A DNA stretch of 64,000 nucleotides, taken from contig CAWDXC010000009.1 of assembly GCA_963806155.1 (NCBI GenBank), forward strand, positions 198,520 through 262,519, read 5' to 3'. Below are positions 9,682 through 18,385 of the stretch, piece by piece (positions within the stretch are counted from its first letter, which is position 1; each line of letters opens with the position of its first letter). Source of the stretch: an uncultured Actinomycetes bacterium (GTDB lineage: Bacteria > Actinomycetota > Thermoleophilia > RBG-16-64-13). Both the position numbers and the translations under genes were made by a program. The notes under the pieces are model-generated. The model saw only the letters and a program-made list of their open reading frames with translations, was not told where the DNA came from and made no database searches.

Positions 9682-11445
9682 TCACCACTCCGGGATTAAC
9701 GGCAACAGCAGATGCGACGGGTACTCAGCATTGTGGTAGACCTTGTGCAGCACCGTCTTGCTCGAGCAGACGTGGTTGGGGATGTACTCCACGGTGGTCT
9801 CCCCGCCCACACCCTCGGCCAGGTCGAGGCAGGTGATGTCAAGACAGATGCGGTGTCCCTCCTTGAACAGGTTGGCAGTGGAGAGGATCTCGATCTGATA
9901 CTCGTTCACTTCGCCGGGGACTACCGGCTGGATCCTCTCAGGGCTGAGGTAATGCCAGGGCTTCCAGGGCTTCGTGCGCTCCGGATCGAGCGCCTGGCGG
10001 GAAGCCTTGAGCCAGCCGCGGGTCAACTCCCGTTCGAGCAGGTCGGCTGGGACCTCGCGCTCGCCCATGCGGGCGGTCTGGACGGAGACGTCGGGGCCCA
10101 CGTCCTTGAGGATGACGATCCAGTTGGTGTCGTCCTGGTCGAGTTCGGCGTATAGGGTAAGCGAGATAGGGCCGATCACCAGGGTGTCTTCGGCCAGAGG
10201 CTCGGTCATATAGCGGAGCCGCTCGATCTTGTTAGTTTGGGTAGGGGGCATCTGCACAAAGGCATCGGGAGGCTCGTTCACGAAGGTCTGCGTCACCGGC
10301 AGATGTCCCTTGGTGTCGAGCTTCTCCCAGCTGTGCAGGTAGTACTTGGTCCACTGCGTCTCGGGGAGCGGCCAGGCGGTCCCTTCGCGCCATTTGTTGG
10401 CGCCCATGACCCAGGTCCTGACCGCGGGCTCGTCGGCCACACCGTTGTCGATCCCCTTGAGCCAGTGGTCATACCAGCGGATGATCTCGTCGTGCCACTG
10501 GTGAAAGGGCCGTTCGGCATGGGCCGGCGGAGTGACGAACAGCCTCTTGTGGGACGCGTCGATGCCCGCAAAGAAGTTCTGGGCCCCCTGCCAGTGCATT
10601 TTGTAGGTGTAAGCACCCGCGAAAGCCCCGGTGGTGAAGGGGATCTTGATTCTCTTGAACATCTCCTCCGTGCGCTCGATCGTGCCCGGGCGCTCGAAGG
10701 GGAAGAGCAGCGGGTAGAACATGCCCGCGTCCCGCTGCCCGCGCAGGGTTAGGATGTTGTACAGGTTCACGTACATCATGTAGTCAGGGTTCTGCATGGC
10801 CTCCTGCCAGGCGGCCTCCACCGGCGGGGTAAGCTCGGGAGGCGTACCGATGTGCGTGTGCAGGCTGTTGTAGAGGCCGATGTGGTAGGGCATGGTCTGG
10901 ATGACTCCGCCCGGGTGCTGGTCGCGGAAGCCTTCCAGACCTCCGTAGCAGCCTCCCGCATCCAGGGGGAAGATGGCCTTGAGGGCCGGGTGCCCCTGGG
11001 CGGCCGCCCGCCACTGCTCGGCTGCGAAGGCCGAGAGTCCCACCATGCCGATGCTACCGTCACACCAGGGCTGGTCCACGATCCACTCCATGGTGTCGTA
11101 GTGGTCCCAGTCGTCGTTGGTGAACAGGTCGCCTTCGCTCTTGTGGCCGCCCCGTACCTGGCCGATGACGTGCACGTAGCCGTTGGCCACAAACCGCTTG
11201 GAGTCACCCCCTTCGATGATGCCGTACCACTGGGTCGACCAGGCCGGCTGTCCGACCTTGAGGTTTTCGGCCACCTCCACCCGCTGCAGGTCTTTGTTGT
11301 GCAGGGCGCACGTGTAGAGGACTGGGTACTTCCCCGGCGCGTCCGGGCGGTAGACGTCGACGCGCACGGTGACGCCGTCCCGCATGGTTACGGGAAGGTC
11401 ATATTCCTTGATCATCGTGTCGTAGTAGGTGTGGTCGTCTGACAT
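9682..11445 (-). CDS. CocE/NonD family hydrolase (paralog)
   Basis: ~70% identical to 6322..8064 protein; GGAG SD favours ATG 11445 (MSDDH..) over 11457. Confidence 0.8.
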   Translation of the reverse strand: MSDDHTYYDTMIKEYDLPVTMRDGVTVRVDVYRPDAPGKYPVLYTCALHNKDLQRVEVAENLKVGQPAWSTQWYGIIEGGDSKRFVANGYVHVIGQVRGGHKSEGDLFTNDDWDHYDTMEWIVDQPWCDGSIGMVGLSAFAAEQWRAAAQGHPALKAIFPLDAGGCYGGLEGFRDQHPGGVIQTMPYHIGLYNSLHTHIGTPPELTPPVEAAWQEAMQNPDYMMYVNLYNILTLRGQRDAGMFYPLLFPFERPGTIERTEEMFKRIKIPFTTGAFAGAYTYKMHWQGAQNFFAGIDASHKRLFVTPPAHAERPFHQWHDEIIRWYDHWLKGIDNGVADEPAVRTWVMGANKWREGTAWPLPETQWTKYYLHSWEKLDTKGHLPVTQTFVNEPPDAFVQMPPTQTNKIERLRYMTEPLAEDTLVIGPISLTLYAELDQDDTNWIVILKDVGPDVSVQTARMGEREVPADLLERELTRGWLKASRQALDPERTKPWKPWHYLSPERIQPVVPGEVNEYQIEILSTANLFKEGHRICLDITCLDLAEGVGGETTVEYIPNHVCSSKTVLHKVYHNAEYPSHLLLPLIPEW

Positions 11446-11663
11446 TAGGTGCTCCATTCCTCACTGGGTCTAGTACTGCGCTTGCTAGGGCCGGGCCCGG
11501 GTGGCGTTCGACGGGCACATCCTTGGTCGAGACGAGCATGTCCCCATCCTTCTCCTGTAGCAGTATCCACTTGAGCCAGGCGGCGTCATCGCGCTCCGGC
11601 TGGTCCTCGCGCAGGCGTCAGCCCCCGCTCTCTATCCACGGCGATATGCCTTAGAAGTCCCCG

Positions 11664-13094
11664 CTAGTAGTTCATGGGCTGTAGTTCGACGGCCGGAACC
11701 ATGGGGGCCAGGCCGTTGCTCACCACGACCACCTCGTAGGGCCACTTGGTCCCCTTCACCCATTGCTGCCCGGTCATGAGGGGCTTGACGATGTTCGGAT
11801 GGGGGCGGGTGCCGGTAGGCGACATAGGATTCTGATCGAGCGGAGCGGTCATGTCGATGGGACCGAGAATCGTCTCCATCTTGGTGGTCGTGATGGCTTC
11901 AAGGATGGATTCCTTGTCATCCGGATCCTTGGTGCGACTAAGCACGTCGATGGCCCAGCTGATCTTGGCGTGGCCACCGATCGCCCCCGTCCATTCGCTG
12001 CTGGTGGTCTTTTCGTAGTCATCTGCCAGTTCCTGACAGGTCATTCCCGTAACCGAATCAGTGAAGGGGAAGGTGGGGTGCCACGAGCCGTCCGGACCGA
12101 TCAGTCCATACACGCTCGGCCCGATGGCCTCCGCGGCCTGGGGAAAGCCTAGGGCAAGGGCTTGACTGGCGACGGGCGGCTTGAAGCCTTGCTGAAGGCT
12201 CTGCTTCCAGAAGTTGGTGAAGTCGGGAGTGGTGCTGGCACCGGTGAGCACCTCGCAGCCCTCCTTCTTGAACAGGCTTATCTGGGCGGTGAAGTCCTCA
12301 CTGCCCGGGGTGAAGAGTCCAGGTGCCACGATCGTGTATCCGGCAGCTTCGAGGAAGGGGGGAGCACCGGTGGTCTCGTCGAGCCAGGCCATGCCGTCGG
12401 CGTTGTTCATGGCGAGGAAGGCGACCTTCTTGTTGGTCGGGGTCCTATCGAAGATATCGACCATGGAGGCGCAGACCTGCTCCAGGCCGAGAAGTTGGCC
12501 GAATGTCCACTTGAAGGGCTTCTCGAAGCTACCTCCCCGACCGAACACGAAAGCCGACCAGATGTTGAAGCAGCTGAGGAAAGGGGTCTCCAGAGCCTCA
12601 GCCTGGTCGGCCGCCGGGTTCACCGTATCAGGCGAGCCCGCAGCCAGAAGGAGGTCCACCTTGTCGTTGGTGATCATGTCACCCGCCACCTGGGCCGCCC
12701 GGTTGGAGTCGGATTGGGTGTCGCGGAAGATGATGCTGACGGGGTGATTCTTGCCGTCGCCGAGCACCAGCCCGTCCGCAAGTGTCTTATTCGTAAGGTC
12801 GGTCGACCACTTGTCCGCGATGCCGAAGACGGCGAGCATTCCCGTTTGAGGAGAGACCACGCCTATCTTCATCTCTCGGCCGGCCTCGGCAGCCGTGCTC
12901 ACCGTGGTAGTACTCGCCCCGGTCGTCGAGGTAGTGGAGGCCGCCGTCGTCGCAACCGCGGCGGTAGTGGTGGTCTCCTTCTCCTCGCCACAGGCCGCGA
13001 CCAACCCACCAAGGCCAGCGCTCACCCCTATTGTGGCGCCGGCTAGGCCGGCGATCTTGAGGAACTCCCGGCGGCTTACTGATTCCGTTTCCAT
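11664..13094 (-). CDS. ABC transporter substrate-binding lipoprotein, PBP1 (Liv/aromatic-acid binding) family, paralog 1
   Basis: ORF 11664..13142; ATG 13094 with GGGGGAG SD; Tat/lipoprotein N-term SRREFLKIAGLAGATIGVSAGLGGLVAACG plus Thr-rich linker; conserved ...VELQPMNY C-terminus shared with paralogs. Confidence 0.85.
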   Translation of the reverse strand: METESVSRREFLKIAGLAGATIGVSAGLGGLVAACGEEKETTTTAAVATTAASTTSTTGASTTTVSTAAEAGREMKIGVVSPQTGMLAVFGIADKWSTDLTNKTLADGLVLGDGKNHPVSIIFRDTQSDSNRAAQVAGDMITNDKVDLLLAAGSPDTVNPAADQAEALETPFLSCFNIWSAFVFGRGGSFEKPFKWTFGQLLGLEQVCASMVDIFDRTPTNKKVAFLAMNNADGMAWLDETTGAPPFLEAAGYTIVAPGLFTPGSEDFTAQISLFKKEGCEVLTGASTTPDFTNFWKQSLQQGFKPPVASQALALGFPQAAEAIGPSVYGLIGPDGSWHPTFPFTDSVTGMTCQELADDYEKTTSSEWTGAIGGHAKISWAIDVLSRTKDPDDKESILEAITTTKMETILGPIDMTAPLDQNPMSPTGTRPHPNIVKPLMTGQQWVKGTKWPYEVVVVSNGLAPMVPAVELQPMNY

Positions 13095-13144
13095 GACTCC
13101 CCCTTGGTGCTGTGCTTGTAGACCCGCTGCTCCGAAGAGCACTT

Positions 13145-13162
13145 GGTAAACGATCGTTTACC
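13145..13162. promoter_or_regulatory. perfect 18-bp palindrome GGTAAACGATCGTTTACC, candidate TetR operator in SBP promoter
   Basis: perfect inverted repeat read directly from sequence; 50 bp upstream of SBP start, 70 bp downstream of TetR gene. Confidence 0.5.
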
Positions 13163-13231
13163 ACGCTAGCAAGACCAAGCTAGCAGAACCAAGGAAGCTG
13201 GTCAATGTAATGCGAGTCTTGCTTCGTGCCG

Positions 13232-13885
13232 CTAGGAATCGCTCTTGCGATTCCGGGAGGGAGAAGCCGCCACGTCCGCGAGCATACGCCGGAAGATCCT
13301 GGTAGACGCGCCGCTGGTGATCAGCTGGTCCACTCCCATCAGCCGGGCGACATCCTCTGCCCAGGCGAACATGAGAAGGCTCCAGGCGACATCGCCGGAA
13401 TCGACCTCGGGGCGGATGCTTCCCTCCCGTTTCCCCGCTTCGACGAGATCGACGAAGGCATCGAGGACTCTGAGCTGCCTCACACCCATCTCCCTGCTGA
13501 GACTCCCCTGTCCGCCGGCGGCGATGAACTCGAACAGCGGATGGATGAACGTTTCGAACTCAGAAGAAGCCCAAGAGGCGTGGCGGTCACCCATATCGAG
13601 GAGACGCCTATAGACGTCGGGTCCAGATGATTGGGCCACCCAACCCGGGGGACGTTCTTCCATAAGGTCCATGGCAGCCAGAAGGACCGCTTCCCGGCTG
13701 GGGAAATGCTTGTAGAGAGCCCCTCGTGAGAGTCCTACGGCTGCGGCGATGCGAGAAACCGTCGTGCCGTGAACGCCATACTTGGCCACCAACTTCAGGG
13801 TGGCTTCGGCGATCTCTCTCTGTCTCTCGACCTTTGTTCGCCGAGTGTACTTGTGGGGTTTCTCCAACGGGCCTCCCGTGGCCAC
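13232..13885 (-). CDS. TetR/AcrR family transcriptional regulator
   Basis: HTH REIAEATLKLVAKYGVHGTTVSRIAAAVGLSRGALYKHF; GTG start at 13885. Confidence 0.8.
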   Translation of the reverse strand: MATGGPLEKPHKYTRRTKVERQREIAEATLKLVAKYGVHGTTVSRIAAAVGLSRGALYKHFPSREAVLLAAMDLMEERPPGWVAQSSGPDVYRRLLDMGDRHASWASSEFETFIHPLFEFIAAGGQGSLSREMGVRQLRVLDAFVDLVEAGKREGSIRPEVDSGDVAWSLLMFAWAEDVARLMGVDQLITSGASTRIFRRMLADVAASPSRNRKSDS

Positions 13886-14194
13886 AGGGCTTCATCCACA
13901 GTGGGTCATCTTCTCACAGTGTCGCTTCCGGAGCCTCACCCGGGAGGAGAGAACGTTAGCAGGCTTCACATGGAGGACCGAGACTGGGTCCAGTAACGAC
14001 GCCACACCGGTATCGACGGGGTTACCTGCCGACGTGCCCACTGTAGGGATTACCCCCATCGGCCAGGGGATGGTGACTTCGTTGAGTGGAGATCCGAGGA
14101 TAGGACGCCAGCACAGTGACCCTCTCATCGACAGCTCCGCAGGCAATCGCCCCGTTGCCAAGCAACAGGAGGCGTGAACCCGGCGCATCGGACG

Positions 14195-15040
14195 TCACCC
14201 CGCGCTTTCCCGCGCGCGGTATCCCAAGACAGCGGAAAAGGACTCAGCAGCGGCTTTGACAGCATCGGCATGCAACTGCTGTTGCTCCGGTCCGAAACGG
14301 CCGGGCGGAGCGAGCACGCCCATAGAGGCGACGACCTTCCCCAACTGGTCCCTGACGGGGGCAGCCACGGCACATGTCCCGAGGTCTCGTTCCTCGAAGT
14401 CGTAGGCCACCCCGTCTTCCCGAATCCTGTCTAGCTTGAGGGTCAGGGCCTCGAGGTCGGCGGCGGCCTGCGAAGTGGGTGGATGAAATGGAGCAGCAAA
14501 GACCCGCTCGCGTTCCAGCGGGGACATGTGCGCGACGAAGACCTTCCCGTGGGCGCTGGCCTCGTATCCAATCACACGACCAGGCGCTAATTGTCGCCTA
14601 AAGGGACGAGGCGTGTGAATGCTGTCGATCTCGACGGCGACCCCGTCAACCTCGATTGCCAACGTTACTGTCTCGCGGGTGCGACTCGCCAGATCCTCGA
14701 GATATGGCCGAGCGAGCCTCGCCAATTCACCAAAACGTTGAGAAGAGACATACGTCGCGGCCAAGATCGCCGGACCCAAGCGGTAGCGATTGGTTGCCGG
14801 ATCGCCAACCAGATAGCCTTCGCTCTCAAGGGTTCTCACCACGCGATAGACGGTCATACGCGGCAACCCAAGCTCCTCGGTGATCTCATCGACTGTCCAT
14901 TCAGGACGAAGTGAATCGAACAGGCCAAAGACGGCTAGTCCCTTGACCAGCGCTTGCAGAAGCACCCGGTCTGCGGCAGAGGAGTTGTTTCCCGAGCTTT
15001 CCTGCTTGGATCGATTCCGCGCCCCGATCTTTCTCGCCAT
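14195..15040 (-). CDS. IclR family transcriptional regulator
   Basis: ORF 14195..15070; GGGAGGA SD 5 nt before ATG 15040 (MARKIG..); IclR HTH and effector domain, ~40% identical to the 8509 IclR. Confidence 0.85.
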   Translation of the reverse strand: MARKIGARNRSKQESSGNNSSAADRVLLQALVKGLAVFGLFDSLRPEWTVDEITEELGLPRMTVYRVVRTLESEGYLVGDPATNRYRLGPAILAATYVSSQRFGELARLARPYLEDLASRTRETVTLAIEVDGVAVEIDSIHTPRPFRRQLAPGRVIGYEASAHGKVFVAHMSPLERERVFAAPFHPPTSQAAADLEALTLKLDRIREDGVAYDFEERDLGTCAVAAPVRDQLGKVVASMGVLAPPGRFGPEQQQLHADAVKAAAESFSAVLGYRARESAG

Positions 15041-15354
15041 CAGTCCTCCCAATAGGCCGCCGGAATCCAATGGTTCGGCTGGCTGTGTCCAAGGACATTA
15101 TAGTAGCTTGACATGGGCCATTTGCGTAATCATAATTTCTTAATCGACAGTATGTGCCAGTAGCTCCGCGGAGCCAAGAGAGGAAATCGAGACACGCTAT
15201 TGGAGGTTGGGAGCCGCTCACCGGATGAGCGAAAGGAGGCAGGAGGCACCAATTCCTGGCTGGCGCAACGGCAACCCGGTTCTTGATGAAGAAGATGAAG
15301 CGGAAGCTCGGCCGAACGTGAATCCACACATGACATGACCGAAGGAGAGGGGAA

Positions 15355-16842
15355 ATGTCGGACAGCCCACACAGTCATCAATCGGAAGATACGGAGCCGG
15401 CAACCCTTGTCGGCAAGGGCGTGAGTCGACGTGAGTTTCTCAAGACGGCTGGTATCGCAGGCGCGACTATCGGCATCGGCGGCGGTCTGGGGAGCCTTCT
15501 TGCCGCATGCGGCGAAGAGGAGACTACCACGACGGCTGCTGCCGAAAGCACCACGACCACAGCCGCAGCCACCACAACCACAGCCGCGGCCAGCACGACT
15601 ACTGTCAGCGCTGAAGCGGAAATGGGACGCGAACTCAAGATCGGTTTTGCCTCGCCGCAGACCGGCGTCCTGGCCTTCTTCGGCGTCCCCGACAACTACT
15701 GCGTCGACCGAGCGACGGAGGCCATTGGCGACGGCCTCGTGTGCGCCGATGGTAAGAAACACCCGGTCACCATCCTTGTTCGCGACACCCAGTCAGACAC
15801 GAACCGCGCCGCCCAGGTGGCCGGGGATATGATCAACAACGACAAGGTGGACCTAGTGACGGCTGCCTCCACCTCCGACGTCGTTGTCCCCGTGGCGGAC
15901 CAGTGCGAAGCGGCCGGCATGCCCTGCATCAGCACCGACATCCCCTGGAACAACTACATATTTGGGCGGGGCGCTACTCTCGATAAGCCGTTTACCTGGA
16001 CCTACAACGTCTTCTGCGGCATGGATGATTTCTATGCCAACTACATCTATTTCTGGAACCAGGTGGAGACCAACAAGAAGGTGGCTTTCCTCAATTCCAA
16101 CGACGCTATGGGTCAAGCCACGCAAATGTCGGCCGAGGCGTATTGCCCGCCCGCCGGTTACACCCTGGTTTCTGCCCCCCTCTACAACGTGGGCACCGAG
16201 GACTTCTCCTCGTCCATTGCTCTCTTCAAGAAAGAGGGCTGCGAGATCATGCACGGGAGCGCCAATCCCGGGGACTTCGCCAACTTCTGGAACCAGTGCC
16301 TGCAACAGTCTTTCCACCCCAAGACCGCCGCCTGGTTTGTGGCTCTGATGTTCCCCGAGGGGGCCGCTGCTCTAGGCGACCTCGTCATCAATCAGAACGC
16401 CGATCTGATCTGGCACAATTCGTTCCCCTTCACCTCCCCTCTTCTCGGTGATACCTGTCAGCAGTTTGCCGACGAGTACGAAAAGAGGACGGGCGCCAAG
16501 TGGAACGTGGCGCTGTGCCACGGCATACTGTTCGACTGGGCAACAGATGTCCTCATGAGGACGGCGAACCTCGACGACAAGAACTCGGTCCTTGAGGCTG
16601 CAAAGACGACGAAGATGGAGACTATCGGCGGCGCGATCGACTTCACGGCTGCCGTTGATACGTCCACCACCGCTCACGGACCACGGCGGATCAGCCAGAA
16701 CTGCTATACGACCCCCCTTGCCATCGCTCAGTGGCGGAAAGGCACAGGCGCGTTCCCTTACGATCAGGTGGTCGTCGGCAACACAGCTGCTCCGATGGTC
16801 ACGATTCAAGACAAAGTGCAACCGCTCACGTACAGCAATTGA
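15355..16842 (+). CDS. ABC transporter substrate-binding lipoprotein, PBP1 family, paralog 2
   Basis: AGGAGAGGGGAA SD; SRREFLKTAGIAGATIGIGGGLGSLLAACG lipobox, Thr/Ala linker. Confidence 0.85.
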   Translation: MSDSPHSHQSEDTEPATLVGKGVSRREFLKTAGIAGATIGIGGGLGSLLAACGEEETTTTAAAESTTTTAAATTTTAAASTTTVSAEAEMGRELKIGFASPQTGVLAFFGVPDNYCVDRATEAIGDGLVCADGKKHPVTILVRDTQSDTNRAAQVAGDMINNDKVDLVTAASTSDVVVPVADQCEAAGMPCISTDIPWNNYIFGRGATLDKPFTWTYNVFCGMDDFYANYIYFWNQVETNKKVAFLNSNDAMGQATQMSAEAYCPPAGYTLVSAPLYNVGTEDFSSSIALFKKEGCEIMHGSANPGDFANFWNQCLQQSFHPKTAAWFVALMFPEGAAALGDLVINQNADLIWHNSFPFTSPLLGDTCQQFADEYEKRTGAKWNVALCHGILFDWATDVLMRTANLDDKNSVLEAAKTTKMETIGGAIDFTAAVDTSTTAHGPRRISQNCYTTPLAIAQWRKGTGAFPYDQVVVGNTAAPMVTIQDKVQPLTYSN

Positions 16843-16898
16843 TAGAGAGGCGGCCCCAAAGCGGCGTTCTTTCAATGCCCTATTGAGGAGAGGATCGC

Positions 16899-17555
16899 AT
16901 GTACACGCTCAGGCTTTACCACGATAGGTATGCTCCGGGCGCGAAGCCGACCGCTGACCTTAAAGCACAGCACTCTAACGTCTACGTCTTTGACGGTTCC
17001 GCGACCATCAACGGGTCGGTGCTCAAAAAGGACGAGGCCGCGTACGCAAAGGATGTCCTTCAGATCGAAGCAGGACCCGAGGGCGCCGTGGTCTGGCGCT
17101 GGGATCTAGTTCGGACCAGCGAGCCTGACAACATCGCCCAAGGTGAAGGCATTACCTCCCGCCTCAAAATGTCGCGGCGTATCAAGATGTTCGAGCTCGT
17201 TCCCACCTCGAAGTGGCTATTCCGCCTTGATGCCATTACAGACATGATGGGTAGTACCGGCCTACACTCCCACCCGGGATCGGGCATCCGCTGCATGATC
17301 GAAGGCCAGATGAGGGTGGAGTCCGACAAAGGCGAGTGCTCGGATAACCAGCGTTCGGGGGATTGCTGGTATGAAGAGGGGAGCTACCCTCTCGTATCCA
17401 CCTCCGACCCAGGAAACATGGCCCACTTCCTGCGCGGCATGGTACTCCCCCCCGAATATGACCGCTATCCCGACACCGCCATATGGATCGAGGGCGAGAA
17501 GAAGGTCAGCGCTGGCTGGAGGAACTACGTCCAGAACATCGTTACTCTGATATAG
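16899..17555 (+). CDS. cupin-like hypothetical protein
   Basis: GAGGAGAGG SD; His-rich GSTGLHSHPGSGIRCMIEG motif suggests a cupin metal site; no specific family assigned. Confidence 0.5.
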   Translation: MYTLRLYHDRYAPGAKPTADLKAQHSNVYVFDGSATINGSVLKKDEAAYAKDVLQIEAGPEGAVVWRWDLVRTSEPDNIAQGEGITSRLKMSRRIKMFELVPTSKWLFRLDAITDMMGSTGLHSHPGSGIRCMIEGQMRVESDKGECSDNQRSGDCWYEEGSYPLVSTSDPGNMAHFLRGMVLPPEYDRYPDTAIWIEGEKKVSAGWRNYVQNIVTLI

Positions 17556-17802
17556 GTTTCATTCGTGCACTGGAGTTGGAGTTACCCCAGTTCCGTGGAC
17601 ACCTGAGAGCTTTCAAATCTAGGTCACGGCGCAGGTCTGACTCCCGCATGTCTCGGATGATGTGGCGGTCAGTTGGCCTGACCAACACGCTCCCCATCGG
17701 CATCACCCAGATCGTCCCCGAGTATCGGACTTCCTGGAGGTCGTCGCGCCAGCCCGCCTCGTCCCGGAGATGCTCCAGTTCCGCGGTTCCGTTGATGATG
17801 TT

Positions 17803-18273
17803 CTACTCGCCTGCGACCCAGGGACCATCAGCAAGTGTGAACCCCAGATTGCCTCGAACGCGGGCGAGAACCCGCTTCACCATCTCCAGTTCCCCAGGCT
17901 CGATCCCTCCGTAGGCCTCCTCCAGAACTTCTGGCCCTACATGGCCGATCTCTTCCCAAAGGGCTATAGCTTTCGCGGTGGGCACGAGCCATTTGATGCG
18001 ACCATCCTTGGCATCTGGCTCCCGAGTCACGAGACCATCTCTCTCCATGCGATCTACCAAACGGACGGCGGTCGCGCCGGTTATGAAGAGGTCGTCTGCG
18101 AGACTCGACTGGTTCATCGGTTCGGACGACATGAGATGACCCAGGGCTATGAACTGGACGGGGCTCACGCCGGTACTCTTGAGCCTGCGCTCCAAAGCCG
18201 CGAAGATGGCCTTCTGCGTCAGACTACCGTGGAAACCTATGCTGTCCTCTCGACGAAGGCCCGGAGTGACCAA
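17803..18273 (-). CDS. MarR family transcriptional regulator
   Basis: winged HTH ...SLADDLFITGATAVRLVDRMERDGLVTREPDAKDGRIKWLVPT. Confidence 0.75.
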   Translation of the reverse strand: MVTPGLRREDSIGFHGSLTQKAIFAALERRLKSTGVSPVQFIALGHLMSSEPMNQSSLADDLFITGATAVRLVDRMERDGLVTREPDAKDGRIKWLVPTAKAIALWEEIGHVGPEVLEEAYGGIEPGELEMVKRVLARVRGNLGFTLADGPWVAGE

Positions 18274-18385
18274 GGTAGATATCCCGTCCTGACTCCTGGG
18301 TGCACTTATGTAGCATACTAGGTAGTTGGCGACGCCCTGTCAAGGCGACTGTCGAAACGGCTGCAGTAGGCGCGCCCCGTACACG

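Noticed and set aside
12162-13046. 294-aa and 177-aa + strand ORFs
   Set aside because: Antisense to SBP1. Typical GC-rich shadow ORFs.
13886-14194. 300-bp intergenic region considered as a cobalamin or other riboswitch (contains CCCACTG, reminiscent of the B12 box)
   Set aside because: No convincing match to B12 or Moco riboswitch consensus by eye, and neighbouring genes (TetR, IclR) are not typical riboswitch-controlled genes. Left as unexplained spacer.
17662-18321. 219-aa + strand ORF overlapping MarR
   Set aside because: No recognisable domain. The opposite-strand ORF has a clear MarR winged helix, so this is a shadow ORF.
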